A DNA stretch of 64,000 nucleotides from Eledone cirrhosa (lineage: Eukaryota): assembly GCA_964016885.1 (NCBI GenBank), contig OZ024749.1:3038001-3102000 (forward strand). Direction: 5' to 3'. The position numbers and the translations under genes were made by a program. Under the pieces are notes generated by a model, which was not told where the DNA came from, ran no database searches, and saw only the letters and a list, made by a program, of their open reading frames with translations. This document shows, one piece after another, positions 28,322 to 43,681 of the stretch; positions within the stretch are counted from its first letter, which is position 1; each line of letters starts with the position of its first letter.

Positions 28322-28705
28322 GCAGACATATCAGGGAAGCAACTGAAATAGAACTGAGAAAACCAACGTTGAATAGAAAAATGAATGGAATAACAACAAC
28401 CATACACAAACACACAGTACTGGCCTAAGGGAAACATAACCAAATATACAGAGGTATAATAACAACAACCACAGATAAACAAACACTAATGGACAAAGGT
28501 AGAATACAAACAAGGATAGACTCAGACACGAACACACACGTCAAACAGAAAACACACGCAAACGCATGCGAAAAACAGAGACAAGAGTAAATGAAAAAAT
28601 GAATAAAAATGTCGTAGATTTTACAATTCAACGGGAGGACACTTATTAGTACAACTGATAATGTCACAAGGGTGTGATGAAAGAATTTTGATAGATATAT
28701 ATTTG

Positions 28706-28799
<94 letters not shown>

Positions 28800-28803
<4 letters not shown>

Positions 28804-29000
28804 TGCCATAATAAAATGTGCATTCAGCCCACTCTTCAACGTGGTAGTGCTGCTGCCACGATAAAACACATCTAGCCCAATTTGTAAAGTGGTAATGTTA
28901 GTGCCACAACAAAATAAACCCAGTGCACTGTGAAGTGGTTGGCATTAGGAAGGGCATCCAGCCATAGAAACTGTCAAGTTGGATTGTATGAGCAAAGTGT
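28800..29000 (+). mobile_element. SINE/RTE-related fragment
   Basis: gtggttggcattaggaagggcatccagccatagaaac, a motif I recall from invertebrate SINE/RTE ends; flanked by (TAGA)n. Confidence 0.55.
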
Positions 29001-29010
29001 GGTCGTCTAG

Positions 29011-29065
<55 letters not shown>

Positions 29066-29303
29066 TAGATATATATATAGATAAATATATATATATTTGT
29101 ATCTATTTTGTTTTAACCGTTGGTCAATCAATGATAAACATTGCCAAATAAATTAACAATGGAGATATAAAAGATACAGAAGCGAAAACCAGTCCAAACC
29201 AACAGTGTGTGTGTTTTATTATTATTTCTGACAATATCATAACAATATGACTCTCCCCAAATATAACAGTATATATATATATTAATTAAAATATTAATTC
29301 AAC

Positions 29304-30354
29304 CGAATTCCATGTGCGTATTTCGCTTGTAGTTAGCCTCTTATCCGCTAGGAAAAAGCTCGTTGATGAAGTAAACTCCATTCCGCTTGCTCTAGTAGTC
29401 TTATATATTTATATGTGAGCTGATAGAGTACAGTCTAAGGATTTACAGAAACCCAAGAAGCTAGATTTAACACCTTTCTAGTGGGTCCGGGTATGATTTT
29501 ACATTCATTTAAATTATTGATGTATTGTTTTATTGATATTTTTTATCTGTTTGTCCCGAATCTTCTATTATCGATTTTTTATCGTATGGTTGATTTTAGA
29601 CTTGTTCTATGTGTGACGGTATTTTAACGATAGTTATAGCTCTGATTCATCTGAATTATTGAGCCCTCTGCCGCTCATTTCGAATATTGTTTATCGTGAA
29701 CTCGTGCGCCGATTTTTCGATACTCGATCTTTCTAATATTTTTAGCTCTGGACATAGCTATCCACCAGTTAATTTTATTGCTCATTTTTTGTCGATTCTA
29801 TTGAGTGATGAATAGCTCCTGTTTTATTTTAACATGTCTATTGAGCACTCTTATTCGATATGTGTATTTCCACATTTCCTCGAATAGTTTTCGCGGATGT
29901 AGAGGTTATCTCCCTTGTCGAATTCCATGTGCGTATTTCGCTTGTAGTTAGCCTCTTATCCGCTAGGAAAAAGCTCGTTGATGAAGTAAACTCCATTCCG
30001 CTTGCTCTAGTAGTCTTATATATTTATATGTGAGCTGATAGAGTACAGTCTAAGGATTTACAGAAACCCAAGAAGCTAGATTTAACACCTTTCTAGTGGG
30101 TCCGGGTATGATTTTACATTCATTTAAATTATTGATGTATTGTTTTATTGATATTTTTTATCTGTTTGTCCCGAATCTTCTATTATCGATTTTTTATCGT
30201 ATGGTTGATTTTAGACTTGTTCTATGTGTGACGGTATTTTAACGATAGTTATAGCTCTGATTCATCTGAATTATTGAGCCCTCTGCCGCTCATTTCGAAT
30301 ATTGTTTATCGTGAACTCGTGCGCCGATTTTTCGATACTCGATCTTTCTAATAT
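29304..30354. repeat. Partial tandem duplication: 436-bp direct repeats (29304-29739 / 29919-30354), period 615, between (TA)n tracts
   Basis: The two copies appear identical from cgaattccatgtgcg to gatctttctaatat. Confidence 0.95.
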
Positions 30355-30555
30355 ATATATATATATATAGTTGTTATATAGTAAAGTGTATTATTGGTTG
30401 TCATACAGTCCAATACACTTTTGTTAGCCGTATTCAATTATCCACGCTTTTGTATATCTCCAATTCCATTTATGGTACAGTTAGATGATGTAAAACGGAA
30501 TATTTGTATCAAAATAAAGATCCGAAGGCATGGTATAAATTTCCAATCATTTTAA

Positions 30556-30629
30556 TCACAACACATATTTCAATAAGGGATAGAGCGATCGTGTTGTCAT
30601 GATCGATTATCACTGATCTCATCAGGTGA
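30556..30629 (-). ncRNA. Type I hammerhead (family shared with 55134-55207)
   Basis: Reverse complement: tcac-CTGATGA-...-GAAA-TATGTG-TT-gtga. About 150 bp of downstream flank is also homologous to 55208-55352. Confidence 0.65.
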
Positions 30630-31056
30630 ATAATGAAATGTCTTCAAATCTTTGATATGAGGGAGGAAAAACTAACGATGTTTACTCACTAGAGTTTTGT
30701 GCCCCATATGAAGAATCAGCAGCCAAAACACGCCAACTGCTATCGTCTTCAGTCAGGGTCATAAATCTATCATGCGTCATAAATCTGACCAGCGTCTTTT
30801 ACAGCTATTGAGAGACAAACCTGATATTCTGCAATACGTCCAGGTCTGTTGCCTAACCTGATTAATTTTTACGTTGTTTTGGTATTGTATGGCTGGGTTT
30901 TGCCTGCCGCAATTTTCAATTTGTCAAGCTATCTAAACGTATGTTATTACTCTGAGGGATTTACCCTTATTGAGTGCTTTGCTAACCATGACTTATTGTA
31001 GGTCGATTTTGTTTGACCGCAGCCAAAGCTTCGATTTTACTAAGCTTCCACTACTT

Positions 31057-31125
<69 letters not shown>

Positions 31126-31481
31126 TAAATTAATAAAATAATGAATAAACAAAGAAACAGTTCCTTATATTCATCATTTTATGATCGTTTCTAGGATATA
31201 TATGTTAGTGTTGGTATGCATATCCTATAGATCTATATAAAATTTTTATAAACTATCTGTCACATTCTGATTCATATACAAGCCGTGGTCGTAGTCATGT
31301 CAGTGTTCAATACATTCTGACCTGTAGGATTCCTATCGTTAATCTTCTGTATGACGATGACCTCAATATTATCTCGTGTACGATGTATGATATTTAGATC
31401 TACGTTCGTTTCAGAGTATCTTCCCTGCTACAAAAACGAAAACAACAACAAAGATAGTTATGATTATTATTATTGCTTTTG

Positions 31482-31856
31482 TGGATTGGCAGTATCGGTA
31501 GAGGGTCGAACGCCATGCTTTGCAGCATAGAGTTAAGACTCTTTACGTTCTGAGTTCAAATCGCGCCAAGGTTAATTTTGCCTTTCATCCTTACGGGGTC
31601 GATAAAATGAAGTACCAGTAATACACTGAAATAATTGATCGCCTTATGCCAACAGTATAAACTATCATTATTTTTGGCAGTATCGGTAGAGTCGGGTACA
31701 ATGCTTTCCAGCATAGAGTTACATCCCTTTACGGTCTGAGTTTAAATCCCGCCGAGATCAACTTTGCCTTCCATCCTTACGGGGTCGATAAAATAAAGTA
31801 CCAGTAATGTACTGGAATAATTGCTGGCCTTGTGCCCAAAGTAGAAACTACCATTA
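31482..31856 (+). mobile_element. Two tandem SINE S1 copies
   Basis: A-box tggcagtatcgg, B-box gagttcaaatc, core and tail, each present twice. Confidence 0.88.
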
Positions 31857-32145
31857 TTATTATTTTCATTTTATTTTCATCCCTATCTTCATTAGGATTA
31901 GATTTATTGTGAGTCTACGTTTTTTGTCGAAAGTCGACAATTAGCTTCATTTAAGATACCTTCCAACCGTATACATAAGTGCACAGACAAATGTGGAATT
32001 ATAGAGAGAGAGAGAATAAGGGGGGGGATAGGAGTGAAGGGGGGAGTGAGTAAGAGAGAGAGCATGAGAAAGTTTGACGTTAATTACAAATCTTGACACC
32101 GACACTCGCGCGCGTAATCACAAACACTTAAGTATGTATGTATGT

Positions 32146-32528
<383 letters not shown>

Positions 32529-32678
32529 GCCATTGAAATATATATCACAGCATTATTATTAAAGGACTTGAACATCTGAAACTACTTCGCTTTACCTTAT
32601 TCGATATTTACTCCGTCACTCATATGTGAAATACGTACGTTGAGTGCTTGAATTTTATTGCATCAATATTTACCCTAA

Positions 32679-32726
<48 letters not shown>

Positions 32727-33137
32727 GTATACATATATGTATATATATATAGATAACAGAGTGTTGTAGTTTGCTTGAAAGCATTGTTGAATAGGAATCA
32801 CAAATTTAAATAATTATGAAAACCATACAATACACTAGAAGATTAAAATTGCCAAGATAACAATAACATATTACCTTACCAAATTTAATAACCCGAACTA
32901 TTTACGTGTTTAAAACTTCATTATCGAGGGAGTCTCCATGTGAAAGACTTAAAGTATCGATCGGTGATGATTTGCTAGGAAGGCAGACGTAAGTTAAATG
33001 TAAGGAAAGACGTTAAAATTCGAGCGTGCACGTTGTCAGAAATCTGGGGAAAAGTATATGATATATGCATGTGTGTGCGTGAATATAAGTGCGCTTAGTG
33101 GGATGTTTGTATGTGGGCGCATGGATGAACACATCGC

Positions 33138-33599
33138 AGCGAGGAAACCACCAGCGCCATACACAAAGCCATAAGAAGAGAGGGCCTCAGTATCAAACTA
33201 GCTTACTCTGGACCTTCCCTGCAAAGATATCTCTCTACAAGACCACTCACCAGTGAGGATAACGGATGCACCCTAGCCAATTGCCATATCGACAACACCA
33301 ATTGTTGCTTACGTACTTACGTAGTATACAGGCTAGAATGTAACAAGTGCAATCTATTCTAAATAGGCAGCACTATTCGACCGTTACATATCCGTATCAA
33401 AGAGTATGTTAACACCAACTCCTCTTCCTTCCGCAAACACATCATAAAATGCGGAGATCAGGACAGACTTACCACCACAATCTTAGCTATCGAATGCAGT
33501 TTAGGCACGCACAGAATTAAGGAAACGTTATTGATGAAGCAATTAAAACCTAGGATCAATAATCGAATGGAAAGAAGTACACCAGAATGGCTAATTTAA
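33138..33599 (+). pseudogene. PLE C-terminal GIY-YIG endonuclease of CCHH type, one in-frame stop; absent from the ORF track
   Basis: CTLANCHIDNTNCCLRTYVVYRLECNKCNLF*IGSTIRPLHIRIKEY...SSFRKHIIKC...RIKETLLMKQLKPRINNRME. Confidence 0.88.
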
Positions 33600-33699
33600 A
33601 AGCCTGTATTCCAACATCCCGGTAGCCTGTTTCATTCTTTCTTCCAAAATAAATCTATGTACTCACTAGGCAAACACACTTAGACTCACACAGACAAAC

Positions 33700-33792
<93 letters not shown>

Positions 33793-33845
33793 AATGAAAG
33801 GATTACAAAGGAGAATGCATACTGTTCGAACATGTTTATACAAAT

Positions 33846-33886
33846 CCACTTACGTACGTTTCGCCCGAACAGGGCTTCTCAAGGGC
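33846..33886 (-). ncRNA. Hammerhead-like motif with TTGAGAA core (stem I poor)
   Basis: Reverse complement: ccc-TTGAGAA-gccc-tgttc-gggc-GAAAC-GTAC-GTA-agtgg. Confidence 0.5.
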
Positions 33887-34258
33887 ATATAAATCTAGAG
33901 AGTATTTAGTACAGAACCCAGAAGGCGTTTTAAAATGATAGTCACATCAAAGTTCATTCTTGATTCAAACAGACATGTTGTTATTGCCACAGAGCAAGGG
34001 GAGTAACTCCGACCGGTGTTTGAATAAAAGTCCCCAAGTTGCTTATTATCCGCTCGCATGATGGTTGTTTTCCATTACTATTTTATGGGAGCTACTTTAC
34101 TATTGCCCGGTCAGGCCGGATCTGAGAGGCATAGTTGGTGTACAGATGTTTAGTTAAGCAACCTACCCACTGGCGCGTTATGTTTTGGTGCAGGGGGACC
34201 CAGTTCATGGTGTTCAGCTCTCAACCGGGGTCCAACTATAGAATGACTGCTATATTCC

Positions 34259-34357
<99 letters not shown>

Positions 34358-34456
34358 TATATATATATAATAATACAAGGACGATCGGTTCAGCCTTCAT
34401 TACGTTTATTGTTTGTTGAGGCGCGTTTCGCTATTGAATCAACTCGTGAGCGATAT

Positions 34457-34529
<73 letters not shown>

Positions 34530-34532
34530 AGA

Positions 34533-34563
<31 letters not shown>

Positions 34564-35130
34564 TTGGGGGATAGTTACTAACACAATAAGTGGTAAGGAG
34601 GTAATTTGAGTAACATATTAGTTAAAACTGACGGGAATGCAGCAACAGATGAAAGAAATATTAATAGAGACCTCCAGATACCCACCAAATAATTTCCATT
34701 TTAGGCACCTGACATATTCCATGTACTTAGATTTGCCGACATCATCGATAAGAAATTGATTAAATGGAGACCGCTTGGAAGACTATTGGAAGAACTTTAT
34801 GTTAATCAGAAACTTCCCCATGTCAGACCCGTTACCACTGTACTCTTGATATAAAACGCCAACACTTATGGCCGAAATCAAATTAAGGCACTTTCCATTC
34901 CATTGAATGTCCTTTTCATTTAACACGGACGTATGAAATAAATCATATGAAGAAATTAGTGGTGCACGAGCGTCAGTTCTGTATATTTGCATATCTGCAT
35001 GGCGTGTCAGAACCTTTATGTAGACAGATAAAAGTCTTATGCATAATATTTCCAACTAGATCTGTGACCGACATATTTATATGAAGATGGAATTTCAGCG
35101 GTATTTCTCCAATATCTATCACACTATAAT

Positions 35131-35179
<49 letters not shown>

Positions 35180-35201
35180 TGTGTGTGTGTGTGTGTGCAT
35201 A

Positions 35202-35722
<521 letters not shown>

Positions 35723-35797
35723 TAAATATACTCCAAATACTTGTTGAGTGCTTTTAAATATTTACTAGTTGTAACCCAACAATTTAAATATAACTTT

Positions 35798-35839
<42 letters not shown>

Positions 35840-35840
35840 A

Positions 35841-36066
35841 TTAGAAATTAGAAATTATAAGCTTTCACCGTATTTTAGACTAAATACATTTCTAGCCTGA
35901 TAGTGGGGTTTATAACCCTCGGAGAAATGGAAAAAGATGAGTGTTGCCGTACATGTAACGCAACACTCATCTTTTTCCATTTCTCCGAGGGTTATAAACC
36001 CCACTATCAGGCTACAAATTTCTTTAGTCTAAAATACGGTGAAAGCTTATAATTTCTAATTTCTAA
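35841..36066. repeat. Inverted repeat (~107-bp arms); family shared with 3610-3750
   Basis: ccgtatttt.gactaaa...tagcctgatagtggg...aaccctcg.agaaatggaaaaaga occurs at both loci. Confidence 0.9.
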
Positions 36067-36125
36067 TTTCAAAACTCGCACACCGTTTCAAAAACATACT
36101 TACATGTTTACGTTTATAATTTGCT

Positions 36126-36191
<66 letters not shown>

Positions 36192-36632
36192 TACTTATAT
36201 ATATACATATATATATATATGTATGTATAGAGATGACCCCTTAGCCTTTGTCAAGGCAGAATTCTAGGAGAAGGAAAACTCTGATATAACACCTGCAACC
36301 CTGATGGTATCCAATGATGTTGACTTGTCCTTCTTTTTGGTAAATATCATCTTGGTTAAGAGAGTGGGACTGGCTTTGTGCAGTGCCTTTGCTCACTATA
36401 AAAGCTTCACGGCACAGGCATTGCTTTATATCTGGAGATCTCTCTGCACTTGTCGTCACATGGTACCATGGGCCCAGCACTGTGTGTCAATCATTGTCAC
36501 AAGTGTAGTGTTTGTACTAGAGTTTTCAAGTCGCTGGCTGGACTGAAAAGTCACACTCGTTCAGCGCATCGGTAGGAGTTCTCCTACATGGATATAAAGT
36601 AGTGGCCGTACTCGAAAACGAGTTGGCAGCCA

Positions 36633-36674
<42 letters not shown>

Positions 36675-36712
36675 GTATGTATATATATAAATATTTATAT
36701 ACATATATACAT

Positions 36713-36797
<85 letters not shown>

Positions 36798-37548
36798 AAT
36801 AAAATGAAAACGAAATTTCATTTCTCACTCTTATATACTTATATACTTATATACTTATATATATATATACTTATATATACTTATATACTTATATATATAT
36901 TGATTATAGCATATTAGATATTGGAGAATATATACATTCATTTGTATATATTGTAAATGTATGTGTACTGTTTCGTTTTCTACGTGTTAATTGAATACGT
37001 GCCTGTCTGGTTTGAATATATGAATATTAATGAGTTTGTTAGAGAAGTGAAATCATTCAGAAAAGCACTTCTGCACTTCTGACCTAAATAAGTTTTTTTT
37101 TCGTTTACACACACACCTGTGTGATTTGGTTTATCAATTATTTACTGGAAGCTGTCCAGCCAATGCAACATATTGAACCGTATAATGTGATAAACTTCCA
37201 AAAATGAATTCTGATATACTTCTATTCCAGAAAGCCAACGAACTTAATATTTTTCCTATTCTACGGCATTATACATATTTAATACTACATATTTTTTATT
37301 TGGTGTTGGATGAAGTGCTGTTGTGGTTTAATGAGAGGTCATCTTGAAAGAAGCGGATTGATATATACTGAAATATATTCAAGCGGTGATAGTCCTTTCA
37401 GATTTTAATCGTTATGTACACTTTTAACCATTGTCAACAAATACTCAATCGTCCAGAGAGTATTCTTCATTAATTTGGTTCCATAAACGGGAGTTAAAGA
37501 TCTGAGTAAAGAACTGTTTACACACACCTGGCAGTATAGGTAGAGCGT

Positions 37549-37768
37549 CAGACACCATGATTTGAAGCATAGTGTTATGACTCTTTAGGTTCAGTCTTCA
37601 AATCCCGCCGTGGTTAGCTTTGTTTTTTCTCCTTACGGGTGCCATTCTTTGTTCAAATCCCGCCGAGGTTAACTTTGCCTTTCATCTTTACGGGGTCGAT
37701 AAAATAAAGTACCAGTAATGCACTGGGTAATTGTTGGCCTTGTGCCAAAAAGTAGAAACAATTATTAT
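37549..37768 (+). mobile_element. SINE S1 with internal duplication
   Basis: ttcaaatcccgccg occurs twice, followed by core and tail. Confidence 0.8.
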
Positions 37769-38045
37769 CATTAATAGTAATATTTTATATATACCCATAT
37801 AAAGTGTTATGTCATCAAATAAGTTTTACGTCATTAAATACAAACTTTTCAAATGACCTCAGTTTGCATAACACCAACAATTGGTCGATAAATAATGAAG
37901 TTGATCTCTATTTGACCAGACAATACAAATATATGATGTTTGTGTCGAAAGTGTAATTATTTAACCAAACGATCAGTTGTACGTAATCACATTCCTGTAT
38001 TCACACACACACACACACAAACACAAACACACACACACACATATA

Positions 38046-38245
38046 NNNNNNNNNNNNNNNNNNNNNNNNNNNNNNNNNNNNNNNNNNNNNNNNNNNNNNN
38101 NNNNNNNNNNNNNNNNNNNNNNNNNNNNNNNNNNNNNNNNNNNNNNNNNNNNNNNNNNNNNNNNNNNNNNNNNNNNNNNNNNNNNNNNNNNNNNNNNNNN
38201 NNNNNNNNNNNNNNNNNNNNNNNNNNNNNNNNNNNNNNNNNNNNN
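38046..38245. other. Assembly gap (200 N)
   Basis: Run of n characters. Confidence 1.
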
Positions 38246-38711
38246 GATTCATAGAAACCTAACGGGGATATTGCATAATATCGACGTGATGGTCCAGGTT
38301 TGTCAAATTATCCTGAGTCGGTTTTCTCGTTGCTTTAGTCCCTGCGGCTGCCTTATCGGTCGCAATCTTCAATTTGCAAAGCTGTCTAAACGTAATGTTA
38401 TTACTCTAAGGTAAAATACCATATTGAGGGCTTAGCTGCACCTTCCGATTGCATTCGTTAGCTTAGCTGCAGCCAGAGCCTTGATTATGCTGAACTTCCA
38501 TTTAATCCATATATATACTCTAATATATATATATATATATTAGAGTATGGGGTTAACAGAACAGGGATATGCTCATCCTACTATGGTCTGTCTGTTGTGA
38601 AGCAGATAAAAAGAAGCACTCAACGACCAGTATAAATGGTACACGACGGAGCATTTTATATTAACAAAAGATTGGAGGCCATATTCAGTTAATACAAGTT
38701 TACTTCAAACT

Positions 38712-38769
38712 CCGTTATACGTCTTTCACTGTGGATTATCAGTTGTGACAGACTGAGATCTTCAGACGG
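38712..38769 (-). ncRNA. Type I hammerhead
   Basis: Reverse complement: ccgt-CTGAAGA-tc-tcagt..actga..-GAAA-GACGTA-TA-acgg. Confidence 0.68.
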
Positions 38770-39548
38770 CAAAACCTAAAATAGACAATGAAAGGTCATA
38801 ATAACCCTTTAAATTCGGAAAAAAACAATAATTTCATGATAGTGGAGTCTGGCCAAAGGCGTGGTGTTACGACTAGTAAGCCTATTTTTCTATTTATCAC
38901 TCCATACTAGGTCACAGTATAATATAGATATTATTATACGCTTGTGGATGAGATGTTCAAAACATAAACCGTTTCGATCGCCATGTAGGAAACTAACAAG
39001 ATCACATTTGCTCTCCCTAGCGCCTCACTTGGAGAAAGAGTTGAATAATATTTGGTGTGGTGTGGGGGTAGTAATGTAGATGTGAAAGTAGAAATGGACA
39101 ATGAAATCAATGAAAATTATATAAAACTAAAAGGGAGGGATATATTGTGTGGCTCAAAATATATACGTCAATTATATTGTTAGAGAAGTTGGTCTTATTT
39201 GTCTGAAAGAAGAGTGGATAGTAAGATGAAAGGTCGGAAATCAAAATTCCGTTTTATTATTCAGTTGTATTAAATGGATGCCACTCCGTCTGGGTAGTTT
39301 TTCTATCTAAGTGTTTGTTTGAATTATTATTGTAATTTGATACATATTATTGGAGTTAATAATGCGAGAGGAAATTTATATATATATATATATATTAAGG
39401 TTAATTTAATCCTTTAATAATAGTAAATCCCTATCTAGTATATATATATATATATATATATATTATTTAAAAAAAATATATATATAAATATATATATATA
39501 TATTAATTCCAAATATTAACAAAATAGTTATTCTTGTGATCAAGTATA

Positions 39549-39611
39549 TTTTATTATACATATTTCAGAGGTACTGAGTTAATTTCAACAGTACGTCCTC
39601 ATCAGATAAAA
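39549..39611 (-). ncRNA. Minimal type I hammerhead
   Basis: Reverse complement: ttttat-CTGATGA-ggacgtactg..cagtacctct-GAAA-TATGTA-TA-ataaaa. Confidence 0.82.
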
Positions 39612-40360
39612 TAAGATGATGCATGACATACCTGACATAGTATATGGTTAAGATTCAGTCAAGGTAGACTGAATATATATATATATATATATACATACAC
39701 ACACACTGAATATATATATATATATATATATGCTAGATAGGGTTTTACCCTAATTAAATGATTAAATTGACCTTCACATTTGTGGCAACACAGATAAGGT
39801 TATAAAATGGTTTTAAAATAATGAGAAAAAAGTATAATGTTCAAATTCATAAAATTTAATATAAGATAGCAATCACGCCGTCTCCTTTTATTTTCAATAC
39901 GGCTTTAATTTTTGCTTCCAATTTCACTAATCTAATTAAAAAGGAAATAAAAATGATTCTTACGGCTCTTGCCCAACAATACATTTCGACGGTTCTTTGT
40001 GTGGACAAGAGACAACCCCCCAAACAATTTTGAATTCACCATAAAGTCCAGTGACTCTACACAAACGTGGTGAACATTTATCTATTGCATAAGCTTAAAA
40101 AGGAAAGCCATGCCATGCAAGGCGGTTTATGTAGAAAAGACGCTCTATTTACCGTAAGTAGCTATAACCCTCACAGAACAGATTCTTCAGGAATTATGGA
40201 CTCGCCATAACTACTGAGACTAACTATGATGCGGTGGAGATGCTTGTTTGGGAGTGTAGGAAGCACCCATCACAACAGTGTACGAACAGCCGTACGAACA
40301 GTTTCTCTGCGTCCCATCGCTTTGGGGATCTTACTTTTGGGATTACCCTCGTATATATAC

Positions 40361-40436
40361 ATTTATAATGGCTATGCACTGCGCCTTTTTTTTCCGCTCC
40401 ATTTCACTTGCACACTGGCAGTATCATCAGATAAAT
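40361..40436 (-). ncRNA. Type I hammerhead with extended stem III
   Basis: Reverse complement: atttat-CTGATGA-tactgc..gcaagt-GAAA-TGG...CCA-TT-ataaat. Confidence 0.7.
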
Positions 40437-40530
40437 CTCTCGTCTGATGATACTATGAGTGTAGATAATAAGCAACTATTTAAACTTTTTCTCTAGTTCG
40501 TCTATAGTACATGTGTATATATATATATAC

Positions 40531-40574
<44 letters not shown>

Positions 40575-40642
40575 TTTTTAGATGTCCACGTAAGCGTCGA
40601 TTATATAAATATATATAAATATATATACATATATACTGTGTA

Positions 40643-40674
<32 letters not shown>

Positions 40675-41207
40675 CAGAGTATATATATATATATATATAT
40701 ATATTTTACTGTAGTTTCATGTAAACAAACATTCGTCTCATTCTGACGTCACCAGCCCTGTTTTTCCACATGGTGCGTTTTATTTTCATAATCACGCATG
40801 ATGTTAAACTAGCCAGCTTTTAAATTCCCTTTTTGGCATCCTTAATCAGTGAGACCTTGGTTACCATGTTGAGCTCTGCTGATGAATGAAATCCAACCGT
40901 GACCATCGCCACTCAAAGTTTTCGTGAAATAGTCTTTTCAAGATTATACAGAGCATTTGAAGTTGTCCAAATTGAGGGATGAGTACTTTAGACTTTATTT
41001 TACCATGAGTTAAGGCTCTATTGAATTTTCCCTGGATTTCTGTTAATTCTGTTGGATAAATCTAAATCCTGATTCTTTTTGAATTGAGTTTGAATTATTT
41101 TCCCCAAAATCTTATGTTAACTATTTTCACATTTTGACGCTATAGTCACTTATATATTATGGAATACTGTTAGCTTCTCGCTACAATAATTTCTATACTT
41201 TTCATTT

Positions 41208-41298
<91 letters not shown>

Positions 41299-41638
41299 AT
41301 ATATTTATATCTATTTATATAATCGATCTTACGTGGACATCTAAACATTTTTTGGTTTTTCTAATTGGATTTTCACTCTGAAACTGGATACCAACCTGGA
41401 GTACACCTGAACTTCCACCAGGAATTCTTTCGTATCATTGAAATTGTCTTTCGTTCTTGCATTTAAATATTCTACGACTCTCTACCACTTTTCCTCTACT
41501 ATAAATTTTCTTACATCACCTTCTTCTCACCCGTCTATTTTTCCCTCCCACCCTCGTACCTCCAATATCACCAATCTAAAGACATATTTTCCGATTCCAA
41601 CCCGCCCGTCCCCCCAATCTATGTTATTTTTCATTCTT

Positions 41639-41674
41639 TCTTCTGATGAAGGACTAGCGTCTGAAACGTTAAGA
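41639..41674 (+). ncRNA. Classic minimal (dimer-type) PLE hammerhead
   Basis: tctt-CTGATGA-aggac-tagc-gtct-GAAACGTT-aaga: loopless palindromic stem III (AACGTT). Confidence 0.8.
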
Positions 41675-41737
41675 CCCTCTTCCTGCTATATCAAGCGTTA
41701 ACCTAATTTATCCATTCCATACATTGTACCGATTGTG

Positions 41738-41887
<150 letters not shown>

Positions 41888-41953
41888 CACACATATATAT
41901 ATATATATATTATATATATATATACATATATATATATATGTGTATATATATAT

Positions 41954-42026
<73 letters not shown>

Positions 42027-42028
<2 letters not shown>

Positions 42029-42215
42029 AACCAGTAAGACCCCGACAGCTGAGCTCAAGCCGTTTCGACGGCTAATTCTGGCCAGAATTAGCCGTCGAAA
42101 CGGCTTGAGCTCAGCTGTCGGGGTCTTACTGGTTCCTATTACCCACTCTACTACCTCAAGTATTGAGTACTTTGGTGCGTTATGGTCCACCTGGTTCCTT
42201 ACCACATTTCCTTCG

Positions 42216-42218
<3 letters not shown>
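42027..42218 (+). mobile_element. Family A element with perfect head-to-head palindrome (42027-42136)
   Basis: The palindrome is centred on tggcca; the sequence is essentially identical to the 32211 copy. Confidence 0.9.
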
Positions 42219-42279
<61 letters not shown>

Positions 42280-43681
42280 TTATGCATATATGTACACAGA
42301 CACAACGCCAGACTTAACGTTTCGATTTGCTTGGAGCTCACCTCCCCCTTTTATAAAAGATGACATAACTCGTTCACTTATCTCTTATATCTTCAAATAT
42401 TTTAGCTTATTCCGGAAACAACATTTCCGCCATTCGGTAAAACTTCAAAACGTTTCAAACAAATAACAGAAGAAAAAATATTAAAGACAACAAACTTGGA
42501 AATGTAGCACCAACAACATTCAACAGAGAAAATGTAAATACTCTGATGCGTTGCCGATGGTTATAACATTTAAATTAAGCATGAAACCTTTGACCAGTTA
42601 TCTCCCCAGGTGATAACGTGTTATGTTTGTATTTACACGTCACTAGACACCGCTGTAGGCTACTTAATTCATCGGAGTAAACATATGTATTTGCTTCGTA
42701 CCCTTTAATTTTACAATATATTTAACAATATCAGGAGACTGAATAATGTTTTGCTCTCATAATGGCATAAGGCTAAAGATTAGAAAAACATTAGTAAGCA
42801 TAGTCGACTTAAGTACATGCATATTTATTATCATACAGGCTCTTCTTAATAAATAAAAGAATTTGAATTGTTTTACATTCTTACCATTGCGACCTGAATT
42901 ATAGAAATCATATTGATTTTATGCACAATACTGATAATTTGGGAAAAGGGAAAGATCGATTATATCGACCCCAGTACTTGACTCATTGTTTATTTATCGA
43001 CCCCGCAGTGATATAAATCAATCTTCTACCTCAACGATATTCGTATCACTACATGAATATTTTTTAACAAATAAAACCAGGTATGTTGTCCAGCGGGTTC
43101 ATCCGTCGGATCCTCAGATACAGATATTATAGAGAGAAACATAGATGTAGAGTATAGCCATTTCAAGCGATCATTTGTAAAATCATTTAAAATATTGAAA
43201 AAACACGGGAATATTATTTCCGCAATGGTGACTCCAGACTAATATAAGTTCCCATCGGGCATCACATTTTGGGAAGTATAGATGGTGAGAAGCTTCATTC
43301 AACAATTGTTACCAACGCGCTGTTCGTTCCACGCTTTTCGTCATACACGTCGAGTCATTCCAACACAAAGCTTCTTGTTTAATAGAAGAGTACCAGTTTA
43401 GTACTGGGGTTAATTCATCCTCTATATCTCTTTCGCATTTCCTTTGTCTCACTTTCTATCTTTCTCTGGAGGAAATCTGGTGTACTCAGGTCTGGCGAGA
43501 GATGGGCTCCACATAGGCTTAAAATAACCAAGAAACGCTGTATGTCAATTAGGTGCCCCAACGACTCTATCAGGAGTTACGAGACCATAAATACATACAT
43601 ACATTAGGATTAATATCAGCAGGTGATACTATGGCTCTGATTCAAAATTGTCGCATTCTATATTACTACACCTAGGTTGGC

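Noticed and set aside
40874-40945. CTGATGA-atgaaa..tttcgt-GAAAT as a hammerhead
   Set aside because: Stem II is plausible but there is no stem I partner or clear cleavage triplet, so I did not count it.
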